Notes under the pieces: model-generated | What the model saw: the letters and a program-made list of their open reading frames with translations, nothing else | What the model was told of the DNA's origin: nothing | Database searches by the model: none | Made by a program: the position numbers and the translations under genes | Shown: positions 37,180 through 48,609 of the stretch, piece by piece | Numbering within the stretch: position 1 is the first letter of the stretch | Layout: the number at the start of each line of letters is the position of its first letter | Origin: Scyliorhinus canicula | Lineage: Eukaryota | Assembly: GCF_902713615.1 (NCBI RefSeq) | Contig: NC_052156.1 | Coordinates: 3,344,648 to 3,408,647, forward strand | Reading direction: 5' to 3' | DNA: 64,000 nucleotides

Positions 37180-37650
37180 CTGGAGGCAATGGTTCTGATA
37201 CTGGACTGCTAATCCAGAGGCCCGGACAAAAGATCCAGAGACACAAGTTCAAATCCCACCTGCTGAAAAAGTTACATTCAGCTAATGCTGGTCTCAGTAA
37301 TGGTGAGCACAGTAAGAAGTCTTACAACGCCAGGTTAAAGTCCAACAGGTTTGATTCAAACACGAGCTTTCGGAGCGCGGCTCCGAAAGCTAGTGTTTGA
37401 ATCAAACCTGTTGGACTTTAACCTGGTGTTGTAAGACTTCTTACTGTGCTCACCCCAGTCCAACGCCGGCATCTCCACATCATCAGTAATGGTGAGCATG
37501 AAACTATCAGATTGTCATAAAAAACCATCTAATTCATCGATGTTGTTCAGGGAAAGAAATTCTCCATCTGATGTAATTCCAGACCAGTAGGGATCGGGTC
37601 TTAGTTTCCAGCTCTCGTTTCAGGGGGAATTCGAGATGGGTAACAAATGC
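37180..37650 (+). mobile_element. Old tRNA-derived SINE hosting the hairpin insertion
   Basis: ctggactgctaatccagagg...agttcaaatcccacc head; same family as 27165-27525. Confidence 0.55.
37302..37482. mobile_element. Penelope-like pLTR fragment in inverted (fold-back) arrangement
   Basis: 75-bp inverted arms 37302-37376 / 37380-37454 plus a 28-nt tail; 16-bp TSD tcagtaatggtgagca; family call rests on recognition and a partial hammerhead (ctccGAAAgctag). Confidence 0.65.
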
Positions 37651-38225
37651 TGTCCTCATGAAGGCTGTGCCTGTGATTATTGAGAACAGTCTTATTAACA
37701 CCTTCTCTTACTTTAATCTCCTGTTGACAGGAATGAGCTGTAATCAAGAGGATATTTTTAAAGTTTCTCGAAACTTTAAAAAGTTTCTCGAAAGAATGTT
37801 TAAAAAGCCATTTCGCTGTACCAACTGGGAATAACAAAAGGGGCAGGTCAGAGGGCATCGGACATGACAAAGACACACCTGGACCTGCCAACACTGCAAA
37901 TTTCCCCTCCTGATGGAGAAGATTCCATGTGCAGCCTGTCATCAATGATGGGAGAGCCCATCACACCACAAGGCCGAAGCATTCGCAAACATCTTCATCC
38001 AGAACTGCTGATTGGATGATCCAGTGTTGCCTCTTCCTGAGGTCCCCAGCATTGGAGATGTCAGTCTTCAGTCAATCTGATTCATTTCAGGGGTTATCAA
38101 GGAACGGCTAAATACCCAAAAGCCCTCGGGAAGCTGGTAGTGAGCTGCCTTTTTGAACCACCGCAATCCATGCTCAGTTTGAGTTCCTCCAGTGTCACTC
38201 AGCTCCTGACGTTCCAAAACCTGGA

Positions 38226-38508
38226 CGGCACGGCGGCACAGTGGCTAGCACTGCTGACTCACAGCACCAGGACCCGGGTTCTATTCCAGCCTCGGCTGAC
38301 TGTCTGTGTGGAGTTGGCACATTCTCCTCGTGTCTGCATAGGTTTCCTCCGGGTGCTCCGGTTTCCTACCACAATCCAAAGATGTGCAGGTTAGGCATGG
38401 TTACGGGTATAGGACAGGGGAGTGGGCCTCGGGAGGGTGTTCTTTCAGAGGGTCGCTGCAGTCTTGATGGGCCAAACAATTTATTTCTGCACTGTTGGGA
38501 TTCTATGG
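38226..38508 (+). mobile_element. HE1-like V-SINE
   Basis: ggcacggcggcacagtggctagcac head; ggtttcctccgggtgctccggtttcc V-domain. Confidence 0.8.
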
Positions 38509-39219
38509 ACAAGAGTTGAACGCTAAAGGTGAGATGAGAATGACTGTCCTTGATATCATGGCAGCATTTGACTGTATGTATGGCATCAAGGAGCCTTATC
38601 AAAATGAAGTCAATGGAAATCATGAGGGATATGTAACGTGCTCAGTGACATAAGCAGTGATGGATTTCTATGGATGTCAATACTCAAAAGACCAAAAGCA
38701 GAAACAGTTATGCACGTTGGATGACAGTGTAATCTGTCTGAAACTCCTGAAGCTATTTCAAGGGTATGAACGCAGATCAGGTAAGGCTTTAGATTAACGA
38801 GCCATGAGGACCCATTTCAAAATCAAGATATTGAAACTATTTGGCCCATTCTGTCTGTTCTGACTCCTTGAACAAGCTATTAGATCAGTCTCACCCCCCA
38901 CTCTTTCCTCTTAGCCCTGCATGTTTCCCCTTTTGAGTATTTATTCAATCCCCATTGAATGTTACTACTGAATATGCTTCCATTGACTACCCATTCAGAT
39001 TTCCGATCACAACTCATTACATGATCATTACTCCCTGCCTGTGCTCTCCAATCTATGTTCTCCTGCTTACTCTCCCTGGTAACAGTTCTCCTTGTTCTCT
39101 CAAAACCCTCCTGATTTTCAGTACTAAATCACTCCCATTAACTCTTCTGTTAATCTCTTTGCTCTAAGAGAGGAATCCGAGAGCAGGTTTTATGAAGTAA
39201 CATCTCTGTAGAGTGGTAC

Positions 39220-39321
39220 CTGTAGAATATTGACAGGAAGATCAACAGTGAGTTGTGAATGGGATGTTGTCGACTGTGCCGTGAGCTGGAAGGCCAGATC
39301 CCCATCTCCCGACGGGTCATC
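39220..39321 (-). CDS. ZXDC: ZXDC exon 9 (DDPSGDGDLAFQLTAQSTTSHSQLTVDLPVNILQ)
   Basis: ttttag acceptor, gtacca donor, 102 nt phase 0->0; DDPSG and LTVDLPV--LQ motifs. Confidence 0.9.
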
Positions 39322-39675
39322 CTAAAATGAAATGTTTAATAATGTACATCAGAAGGTAGAAACTGATGGAAGGTGGCCATTCAGCCCATTCATCAAAAAC
39401 AATCCCGACAGTTCCCATCATAGCAGTCGACCACTTTTGGAATAATGGCAAGGATTTTGGCCCCACAATTCTACACGCGTTGATCATGGTCAGGGGAGAA
39501 TCTCCACAGCAGCCCTTGATTTGCCCACCCTCTATAGTGTCCCATCTGTTATATAAATGGACATCGAAGGTAACAGCAACTCAAGTCCAAACACACAGGC
39601 TGCAAAGTTGCTTAACTTGTCAAACAACATATCCTCCAGTCTGCGTCCTACTGACCGATCTACTAGCCAGAGGAA

Positions 39676-40030
39676 ACATAGAACATAGAACATAGAACAG
39701 TACAGCACAGAACAGGCCCTTCGGCCCTCAATGTTGTGCCGAGCCATGATCACCCTACTCAAACCCACGTATCCACCCTATACCCGTAACCGAACAACCC
39801 CCCCCTTAACCTTACTTTTATTAGTACACTACGGGCAATTTAGCATGGCCAATCCACCTAACCCGCACATCTTTGGACTGTGGGAGGAAACCGGAGCACC
39901 CGGAGGAAACCCACGCACACAGGGGGAGGACGTGCAGACTCCACACAGACAGTGACCCAGCCGGGAATCGAACCTGGGACCCTGGAGCTGTGAAGCAATT
40001 ATGCTAACCACCATGCTACCCTGCTGCCCC
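39676..40030 (-). mobile_element. HE1-like V-SINE with CR1-type tail
   Basis: ggggcagcagggtagcatggtggttagc head; (ttctatg)n terminus shared with the CR1 at 14788. Confidence 0.88.
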
Positions 40031-40315
40031 TCAACCTTTCACCATTTACTCTTTCAAATCCTTTCCCAAAGTTGGAATCCTCAATTTCATCTCCCTTGAT
40101 ATTCTCTATTCCAGTAATAAGGACACCATTTGAAAAGCCCCCCTTCACTGATGTCTTTAAACGGGTTTAGTTATATAGCAATGATGTAAATAAACTCATA
40201 ATTTTCAACTTAAAAGATCAAACATCAAGCTGCAGCTGACTGAATTAGTCATTTGAGAACATCGAAGGAGGGATTCCAGACAGCAGTATCAAAAATAACA
40301 CATGAAACATTTAAA

Positions 40316-40464
40316 GGAGTTACCCCTCCCACAAGGACAGAAGGAGTTACCCCTCCCACAAGGACAGAAGGAGTTACCCCTCCCACAAGGACAGAAGGAG
40401 TTACCCCTCCCACAAGGACAGAAGGAGTTACCCCTCCCACAAGAACAGGAGTTACTCCTCCCAC
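40316..40464 (+). repeat. 27-bp tandem repeat (ggagttacccctcccacaaggacagaa), ~5.5 copies
   Basis: Direct tandem, nearly identical units. Confidence 0.95.
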
Positions 40465-42223
40465 AGTCAGTAAACTCCCAAAGGCCCATTAAAAATCCAT
40501 TAGACAGCAGCCTGGCACCTGGTTCTGATCAACCTGTCATATTCCGACCCCGAACAGGCGCCGGAATGTGGCGACTAGGGGCTTTTCACAGTAACTTCAT
40601 TGAAGCCTACTCGTGACAATAAGCGATTTTCATTTCATTTCATATTGTGAATTTAAGGCACTGTTGGAATATATATTTTGATGCTAGATTAAGAACGGTT
40701 AATGAAAATTCATTGCCGTATATAAATAGCACTATGACTGCCAAACCTGGAGACACATTCGGAATGTTTTATTTAAGTCTACTCTGCAGATGAGGATCTT
40801 CCTCGGGCTCATGTCTATGATATTGTTACACTGGAGCGCACAGGGGCATCACTAATGGATCTGGCTGGCCCATCCCACTTCTTCCTGTAGCTCAATCCTC
40901 CTAGCCTCAGAGCAGCTCAATCCCAACCGACAGGTCTCAAACTGCCTCCTGCAACCATCTTCTGCTATTCCATCATCACCAGTTCTGGGTATGAGGAGCC
41001 CATGGATATCTTTATTAAGACTGTCTCTCAGGAGCCTAGACCCTCCCGTCCTGACTCCTGCAATGTTGTGATTTTTCCACCCCCCCTCATGTTTAACTCT
41101 TTGTCAAAGTTCTCTCCACTTCCCTCACGGCCACCTTGTCCTTATTCTCACAAACAATTCACACCTGCAGCTACCATCAACACCCCTCTCCTCAAAATTG
41201 TTTTTTAACTGCCCCAGTCAATCAAAATGCTCTACTGTCAGAAAACAGGCTGCTTTAAACAGTCCAGTGAAATTCTGGCCAAAATGGACAACCACACGGT
41301 TTACATCAATATACTCCATCTGCCATGGTTTGCCCAGTGACATTCTTTCTCTCACCCTTTACAGATTCTATCCTGCTCACAAATGCTTGTCCCACCTTCA
41401 TATCAGGAAATTTGGCTCCAATATAGTCCTGTTATACTTTACACTAATGACTTTGGTAACTAGTTAAGGCCCCAGCACCAATCTTTGCAGCACTCCACTG
41501 GTTTTCAGTTTATCCCATTTATCCCCAATTGATTTCCTGTTAGTCAATCCTCTAATCATTCTAATATGTCACCTCCAGCACCATGAGCTTTAACCTTGAG
41601 CAGTAATCTTTAATGCGGCACCTTACTGATTACCTTTCAGAAATATATTCAGCAGCTGAGTATCCATAACCCTCTGGGAATGCCAAAGATTCACAACACC
41701 CCGAGTGAAGAAATTTCTCCTTATCCCAGTCCAAAGCAACTGACCCTTTATCCCAAGGTTGAGCCCATGTTGCAGATTGCTCAACCTGGGGAACAACTTT
41801 CAGTGTCTACCCTGCCAAGCCCCTTCATAATCACGGTCCTTTCAATGGGATCACCTCTCATTCTTCCAAACTCCACAGAACATAGACTGTGTGCACAGCT
41901 TTTCAGCCCAGAAACCAATCCAGCAATCTTCGCTCTGCTGCCTCCAAAGGCAGGTTCATCCTCCTTAGTAATGGAGATGAAAACTGCAGAGTACTCAGCA
42001 AAATTCAATACAATTGGAGCAAGGCTTCCCTACCTCTGTACTCCAGGCTCCTCGCAATAAAGGCCTGTGAGGGGTTTTGTTTTTAAACATAATGACTGCA
42101 TGTTTCTTTACGAGTTCCAAAAACGAAGCTGTTCGTGGACATTACTGAAAGTAGGCTGAGACCAAGCTGAGACACCAGATGTTGTATTGAACACTGATGC
42201 TTGCAGCCACTAGCAAGTCCTAC

Positions 42224-42384
42224 CTGCAATAGCTGTGCCTGGACGTAGGTAGTCGGGTCACGGATAGTCAGGCCACCAGTGGGCATTATAACATTACCGA
42301 AGCGACAATTCTGGCTCACAGCAGTGGATGGCGTGGACTGTCCCCTGTTGGCTTTCTTCCTTTGTCCAGCACCGTTGGTACTCT
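42224..42384 (-). CDS. ZXDC: ZXDC exon 8 (STNGAGQRKKANRGQ...NCRFGNVIMPTGGLTIRDPTTYVQAQLLQ)
   Basis: ttttaag acceptor, gtagga donor, 161 nt phase 1->0; VQ-QL-Q joins DDPSG. Confidence 0.87.
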
Positions 42385-43230
42385 CTTAAAATGGGATAAA
42401 ACATTATTGTGAGTTAGCACCGAGGGAGCAGAGAGGGGGAGGGAGCAGGCAGTGGAAAAGAGAAAAGTAAAAGGAACTTTTGCACATTTTCTCAGAGCCC
42501 CTCATTTACAACTCCCAACCCAGCATGTTTCTGATGATAACTACTCCATAAAAGCCAGTGCATTTCTACAGGAGGATAAAGGACAATATGTCGGTTATGC
42601 TTTTCCCAAGTCAGAAGATGGTGGGAGACTTACAAGTCATTCACGGCACAGAAAGATGCCATTTGGCCCATTGAGTCCATGCTGGCTCCCATGGAGCAAT
42701 CCAGTGAGCCCCACTCGAACCGTGCAAGATTATTCTCTGCTTCCACCACCCGTCTGCATCAACGGGGCCAAGGTGGAGATGGTTGACAGCTTCAAATTCC
42801 TAGGGGTGCACATCACCAACAATCTGTCCTGATCCACCCACATCAACGCTACCACCAAGAAAGCACAACAGCACCTGTACTTCCTCAGGAAACTAAGGAA
42901 ATTTGGCATGTCCCCATTGACTCTTACCAACTTTTACAGATGCACCATAGAAAGCATCCTATCTGTCTGCATCACAGCCTGGTATGGCAACTGCTCGGCC
43001 CAAGACCGCAAGAAACTACTGAGTGGTGAACACTGCCTAGTCCATCACACAAACCCACCTCCCATCCATTGACTCTGTCTATACCTCCCGCTGCCTTGGG
43101 AAAGCGGGCAGCATAATCAAAGACCCCTCCCACCCGGGTTATTCTCTCTTCCAACCTCTTCCATCGGGCAGCAGATACAAAAGTTTGAGAACACACACAA
43201 ACAGATTCTTCCCCGCTGTTATAGACTCCT

Positions 43231-44097
43231 TTTTTAAAAAATAATTTTTATTGAAATTTTTTGAAAAATGTATAGCAACAGAACAACAATAATAATAACA
43301 ATAATAAACACCCCCCGGCACCCGTAACAACGCATATAACGAAACCCCCCCCACCCCACCCAAACCCAATAAACAACAAAATAAATTAATTAAATTAACA
43401 TAAACAATACCCCCGTGAAACCCCCCCCTCCCCTTTTCCCCCCCGGGTTGCTGCTGCTGCTGACCTAGTTCCTTATCGTTGAGCCAGAAAGTCGAGGAAA
43501 GGCTGCCACCGCCTAAAGAACCCTTGTACCGACCCCCTCAGGGCGAATTTGACCTTCTCCAGCTTAATGAAACCCGCCATGTCATTGATCCAGGTCTCCA
43601 CGTTTGGGGGTCTCGCATCTTTCCATTGCAACAAGATCCTCCGCCGGGCTACTAGGGACCCAAAGGCCAAAACACCGGCCTCTTTCGCCTCCTGCACTCC
43701 CGGCTCCACCGCAACTCCAAATATTGCGAGTCCCCAGCCTGGTTTGACCCTGGATCCTACCACCCTCGACACCGTCCTTGCAACCCCTTTCCAGAATTCA
43801 TCCAGTTCCGGGCATGCCCAAAACATATGGGCATGGTTCGCTGGGCTCCCCGAACACCTAATGCACCTGTCCTCACCCCCAAAATACCTGCTCATCCTCG
43901 TCCCGGACATATGAGCCCTGTGCAGTACCTTGAACTGGATGAGGCTAAGCCTCGCACATGAAGAGGAGGAGTTCACCCTCTCCAGGGCGTCCGCCCATGT
44001 CCCCTCCTCAATCTGCTCCCTCAGCTCCACTTCCCACTTAGCCTTCAGCTCCTCTACCGATGCCTCCTCCACCTCCTGCATCACCTGGTAGATGTCA
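43231..44097 (-). mobile_element. L1-clade LINE 3' end (ORF2 C-terminus, 3' UTR, A tail)
   Basis: QFKVLHR, CIRCSGSPANHAHMFWACP (CCHC-type); AATAAA plus A tail; TSD gctgtta(t/cc)agactcct at 43215-43230 and 44098-44114. Confidence 0.85.
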
Positions 44098-44147
44098 GCT
44101 GTTACCAGACTCCTAAACAACCCTCTTGTGGTCTGATGGGATCTCTT

Positions 44148-45489
44148 ACTGGAGAGAATTCTTCGAGACATGATCTACTCCTATTTGGAAGCAAGTGGAC
44201 GTATTAACGAGAGGCAGCATGGTTTTGTGAAGAGGAGGTCGTGTCTCACTAACTTGATAGAGTTTTTCGAAGAGGTCACAAAGGTGATTGATGCAGGTAG
44301 GGCAGTGGATGTTGTCTACATGGATTTCAGTAAGGCCTTTGACAAGGTCCCTCATGGTAGACTGGTACAAAAGGTGAAGTCACACGGGATCAGGGGTGAG
44401 CTGGCAAGGTGGATATAGAACTGGCTATGTCATAGAAGGCAGAGAGTAGCAATGGAAGGGTGCTTTTCTAATTGGAGGGCTGTGACTAGTGGTGTTCCGC
44501 AGGGATCAGTGCTGGGGCCTTTGCTGTTCGTAGTATATATAAATGATTTGGAGGAAAATGTAACTGGTCTGATTAGTAAGTTTGCAGACGACACAAAGGT
44601 TGGTGGAATTGCAGATAGCGATGAGGACTGTCAGAGGATACAGCAGGATTCAGATAGTTTGGAGACTTGGGCAGAGAGATGGCAGATGGAGTTTAATCCG
44701 GACAAATGTGAGGTAATGCATTTTGGAAGGTCTAATGCAGGTAGGGAATATACAGCGAATGGTAGAACCCTCAAGAGTATTGAAAGTCAGAGAGATCTAG
44801 TTGAACAGGTCCACAGGTCACTGAAAGGGGCAACACGGGTGGAGAAGGTAGTCAAGAAGGCATACGGCATGCTTGCCTTCACTGGCTGGGGCATTGAGTA
44901 TAAAAATTGGCAAGTCATGTTGCAGCTGTGTAGAACCTTAGTTAGGCCACACTTGGAGTACAGTGTTCAATTCTGGTCGCCACACTACCAGAAGGATGTG
45001 GAGGATTTAGAGAGGGTGCAGAAGAAATTTACCAGTATGTTGCCTGGTATGGAGGGCATTAGCTATGAGGAGAGGTTGAATAAAGCCGGTTTGTTCTCAC
45101 TGGAACGATGGAGGTTTAGGGGCGACCTGATAGAGGTCTACAAAGTTATGAGGGGCATAGACAGAGTGGATAGTCAGAGGCTTTTCCCCAGGGTAGAGGG
45201 GTCAATTACTAGGGGGCATAGGTTTAAGGTGCGAGGGGCAAGGTTTAGAGTAGATGTACGAGGCAAGTTTTTTTACAGAGGGTAATGGGTGCCTGGAACT
45301 CGCTGCCAGAGGTGGTGGAAGCAGGGACGTTAGTGACATTTAAGAGGCATCTTGACAAATACATGAATAGGATGGGAATAGAGGGATACGGACCCAGGAA
45401 GTGTCGAAGATTGTAGTTTAGTCGGGCAGCATGGTCGGCACGGGCTTGGAGGGCCGAAGGGCCTATTCCTGTGCTGTACTTTTCTTTGT
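44148..45489 (+). mobile_element. 5'-truncated, fairly young CR1 LINE
   Basis: [38 protein letters not shown]; 6-bp TSD tctctt (44142-44147, 45490-45495). Confidence 0.92.
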
Positions 45490-46760
45490 TCTCTTCACAC
45501 ATCTTCTCTACTGAGTGGTACTGAATCCAAAGCTTCACCCGATGCCTGTGTCTATGTATTTACATTGTGTATTTTACGTTTGCCCTATTATGTATTTTCT
45601 CTTCTTGTACAGCATGATCTGTTGAACTGCTCGCAGAAAAATACTTTTCACTGTACCTCGGTACACATGACAATAACCAAATCCAATCCTCAGTCAGTGT
45701 ATGTTCAAGACGGAAGTTGATTGATTTCTAGATGTTAAAAATATCAAGATATAGGGGGTAGTGCGTGAAAATGTTGTTGGGTCGAAGTTCACCCATGATC
45801 TAGTTAAATGGTGGAGCAGGCTCGAGGGGCCGAATGGCTTACTCCTGCTCCCTATGTCAGAGAGGTTTTACTGAAGGGGTGAGACATTAAACTGAGGTCT
45901 CATCTGTCCTCATTGTTGCTAGTTAAGCAAGTTCTTGATTTTAAAATTCCCATCCTTATTTTCAAATCTCTCCAAGGCCTTGTCTGACATAATCTCTGAC
46001 ATCTTCTCCAACCTACAACCCTTCCAAGATATCCACCCCGATCAGATTTTGACCCCTTATCTCCATCATTTCTCCACTGGTGGCCACACCTTTACCCATC
46101 AGGCCCCAAGCTCTGGAATTCCTCCATAAACAATTCCACCTCTTTTGCCTTCTTTAAGATGCTCCTTAAAACCAAACCTTTGATCCTCTGTCGAGTGTCC
46201 CTAGTCAGAGTTTTACAGCACAGAAAGAGGCCCTTTGTCCAGCATGTCTGCGTCGGCCATCAAGCACCTATTTGTTCTAATTAAGGGGCTCAGTATCAGA
46301 TTTTGTTTGGTAAAGCATCTTGTTGTATTAAACAATCCCATGGCTAATTCAGGGGAGTTCTCCCTCTCATCTGGCCAATATTTGCCCCCCTTTCAATCTA
46401 CATCACTGAATGTCATTTACTCCTTGCTTTTTGCGGGAGTTTGCTTAGCATCTACTGACGGTCACCTCTATTACAACAATAATGGCTGCCAAGGATTTCA
46501 GGACATCCGCAGGTTACGAGAGGCATGGTATAACTGCAAGACTTTCTTTCCAAAAGTGAAGCTTTAATCACCTCATGCAGACATCAGTCATTGGGCAGCA
46601 CGAGCTGTGATCCCAAAGCTACCTCCCTACCAGGTGGTGTGTGGGGGGCTCAGGGAGATGACAAATGGAATGGAAAAAGAAAAGCTGTAAATACACCCAG
46701 TAGACATAGAACCAGAAAAAGCATAGTTTCCTCAGTCAACTTTGAAAGGGCAGTCCTTAC

Positions 46761-46845
46761 CTGTGTTACCTCCAACTCCCTTTTGTTTCCTCTTCTTAGC
46801 AAGCTGAATAGCCCTGTAGTCTGTCCGAGCTGATCCCCCGCTTTC
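46761..46845 (-). CDS. ZXDC: ZXDC exon 7 (ESGGSARTDYRAIQLAKKRKQKGVGGNT)
   Basis: atctag acceptor, gtaagg donor, 85 nt phase 0->1; SARTDYRAIQLAK motif. Confidence 0.92.
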
Positions 46846-48474
46846 CTAGATAACACTTCATTAATTAGTTCAAGGCAAAGCAAACAGCATGTACAGATAG
46901 TCAAGGTAAGCACTCAATGGCAGCAAAGGTCAATGTGCTGAAAAGTAGCTTTTAATAATAGTTCTATAATTTCAGGACTGGCTTTACTTGTTATGCTGCT
47001 TCTAAAGCTTTAACCTATGAATCTGAATGTTGTGAGTTCAAGCTCAACACAAGCAAGAAGCAGCCTGCTCTGACATTAGCGAGATTGTGGCTGATCTGCA
47101 ACCTAATTCCATATATCCCTCCATAACCCTCAAAACCTTTGGTTAACAAATATCTACCAATCGCAGTTACAAAACTTATAATAACCTAGCATCAAGTGCT
47201 CTTCAGAGTTCCAAAGTGAAGGAAATAAACTTGCATTACACATAGCCTGCATCAATAGATGTGCTGAATGAATCTTTGTATGTCATAATGACTTTATGAC
47301 AATAACACATTACATGAAATAACGTCTCTTCTCCCTTTTGTCCTCTGATTACTAGCCGGTGGAAACTGTTTCGCCCAATCTACTCATCAGAGACTCTGGA
47401 CGTTGAACATTTCTGGTCAATATCCACACAAGCATCTCCACTCCAAGATGAACAATCACAGTTCCTCCAGCCAAAATCCCTCATTCCGGCTAAAAGCATT
47501 CGGGTAAAAATGGCTGTTGCAATGTTGCATAACCAAGCCTCTGACATAAAACAGGCATTCACATCCAAGGAATTGCTGTGGATTCACTGCTGTTCAATAG
47601 CTAAGACCAGCAGACAATTCACACATCAACCCGCTTTCCTGAATCGGTTTGGATATGTCCATCAGGTCAACTCCATCCTTCCACAAGAACTGTGCACCTG
47701 TACATCTAGTAGTCTACAGTTTCCTCCCGTGTCTCTAGGCGAGGCGAGTGCAACTTTCTATTAGTTTAACTGTGTAAATTATTCACTAATTGGCTAATGA
47801 AGTAAATGAGGTTGGACAGAAATGGCAGGGCTGGTGGTGTGCAGTGACTGCAGCATCTGTGGAATGAACTTCAAACCTGGACAATGCAGAAAATGTTTGC
47901 AGATTAGGCAACTTGGGCTCAGAGTTGCTGAGCTGGAGTCTGAGTTGCAGATATTACAGGACATCAGGGAGGAGGCGATTTACCTGGACACTTTGTTCCA
48001 GGAGGGAGTCACGTCCCTTAGCTTAGGCAGAACATCAGAGTTGGTCAGGGGCAGGGGGACATGACTGCGAGTCAGGCAGGTTTGGGGAATCAGCATGTCG
48101 TGATGGAGGAGCTTCAGCCTTGACTTTGTCCAACAGGTCCGAGGTGCTTGCTATCCGTGTGGATGGCGCGTAGGACTGCAAGGTGGATGAGGAGTTTAAG
48201 CATGGTGAAGGATGCCATTCAAGCAGTGGCAACCAAGAGGAATGTGTCAGTGATAGGAGACAGAATAGTCAGGGCGCAGATACCATTCTCTGCAGTTGAG
48301 AACGCGAGTCCAGACGTCTGTGTTGCCTGCCCGATGCCAGGGTTCAGGACTGGAGAGAAACTTGGGTAACGATGAAAAATGATAAAGGCAGATCAGATGT
48401 GACTTGTAGGAGTGGTGTACAGGCCTCCAACAGTACCCACATGCTAGGATTCAATACAAAGGAAGAAATACTAG

Positions 48475-48609
48475 AAAAAAGCAAATTACTGCGGATGCTG
48501 GAATCTGAAACGAAAGAGGAAATGCTGGAAAATCTCAAGCAGGTCTGGCAGCATCTGGAGGGAGAGAAAAGAGCTAACGTTTCGAGTCCGATGACTCTTT
48601 GTCAAAGCT
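48475..48609 (-). mobile_element. Penelope-like pLTR fragment
   Basis: Minus strand: hammerhead motif followed by ctcttttctctccctccagatgctgccagacctgc...ttccagcatccgcagta; degenerate relatives at ~20202-20310 and ~56914-57018. Confidence 0.7.
48572..48609 (-). ncRNA. Minimal type I hammerhead ribozyme motif (U3-A8 variant)
   Basis: AGCU-UUGACAA-A-GAGUC-AUCG-GACUC-GAAA-CGUU-AGCU: stem I, core, stem II, GAAA and palindromic stem III all present. Confidence 0.7.

Larger units (their letters stand above)
42745..45689 (+). mobile_element. Rex1/Babar-like LINE 3' fragment split by L1 and CR1 insertions
   Basis: INGAKVEMVDSFKFLGVHITNNLS, KKAQQHLYFLRKL; resumes at 44115-44147 and 45496-45689, ending tttcactgtacctcggtacacatgacaataaccaaatccaatcc. 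Confidence 0.7.

Noticed and set aside
37755-37793. Small AT-rich palindrome tttttaaagtttc-tc-gaaactttaaaaa
   Set aside because: Short, AT-rich, overlaps a local duplication; probably a repair footprint.
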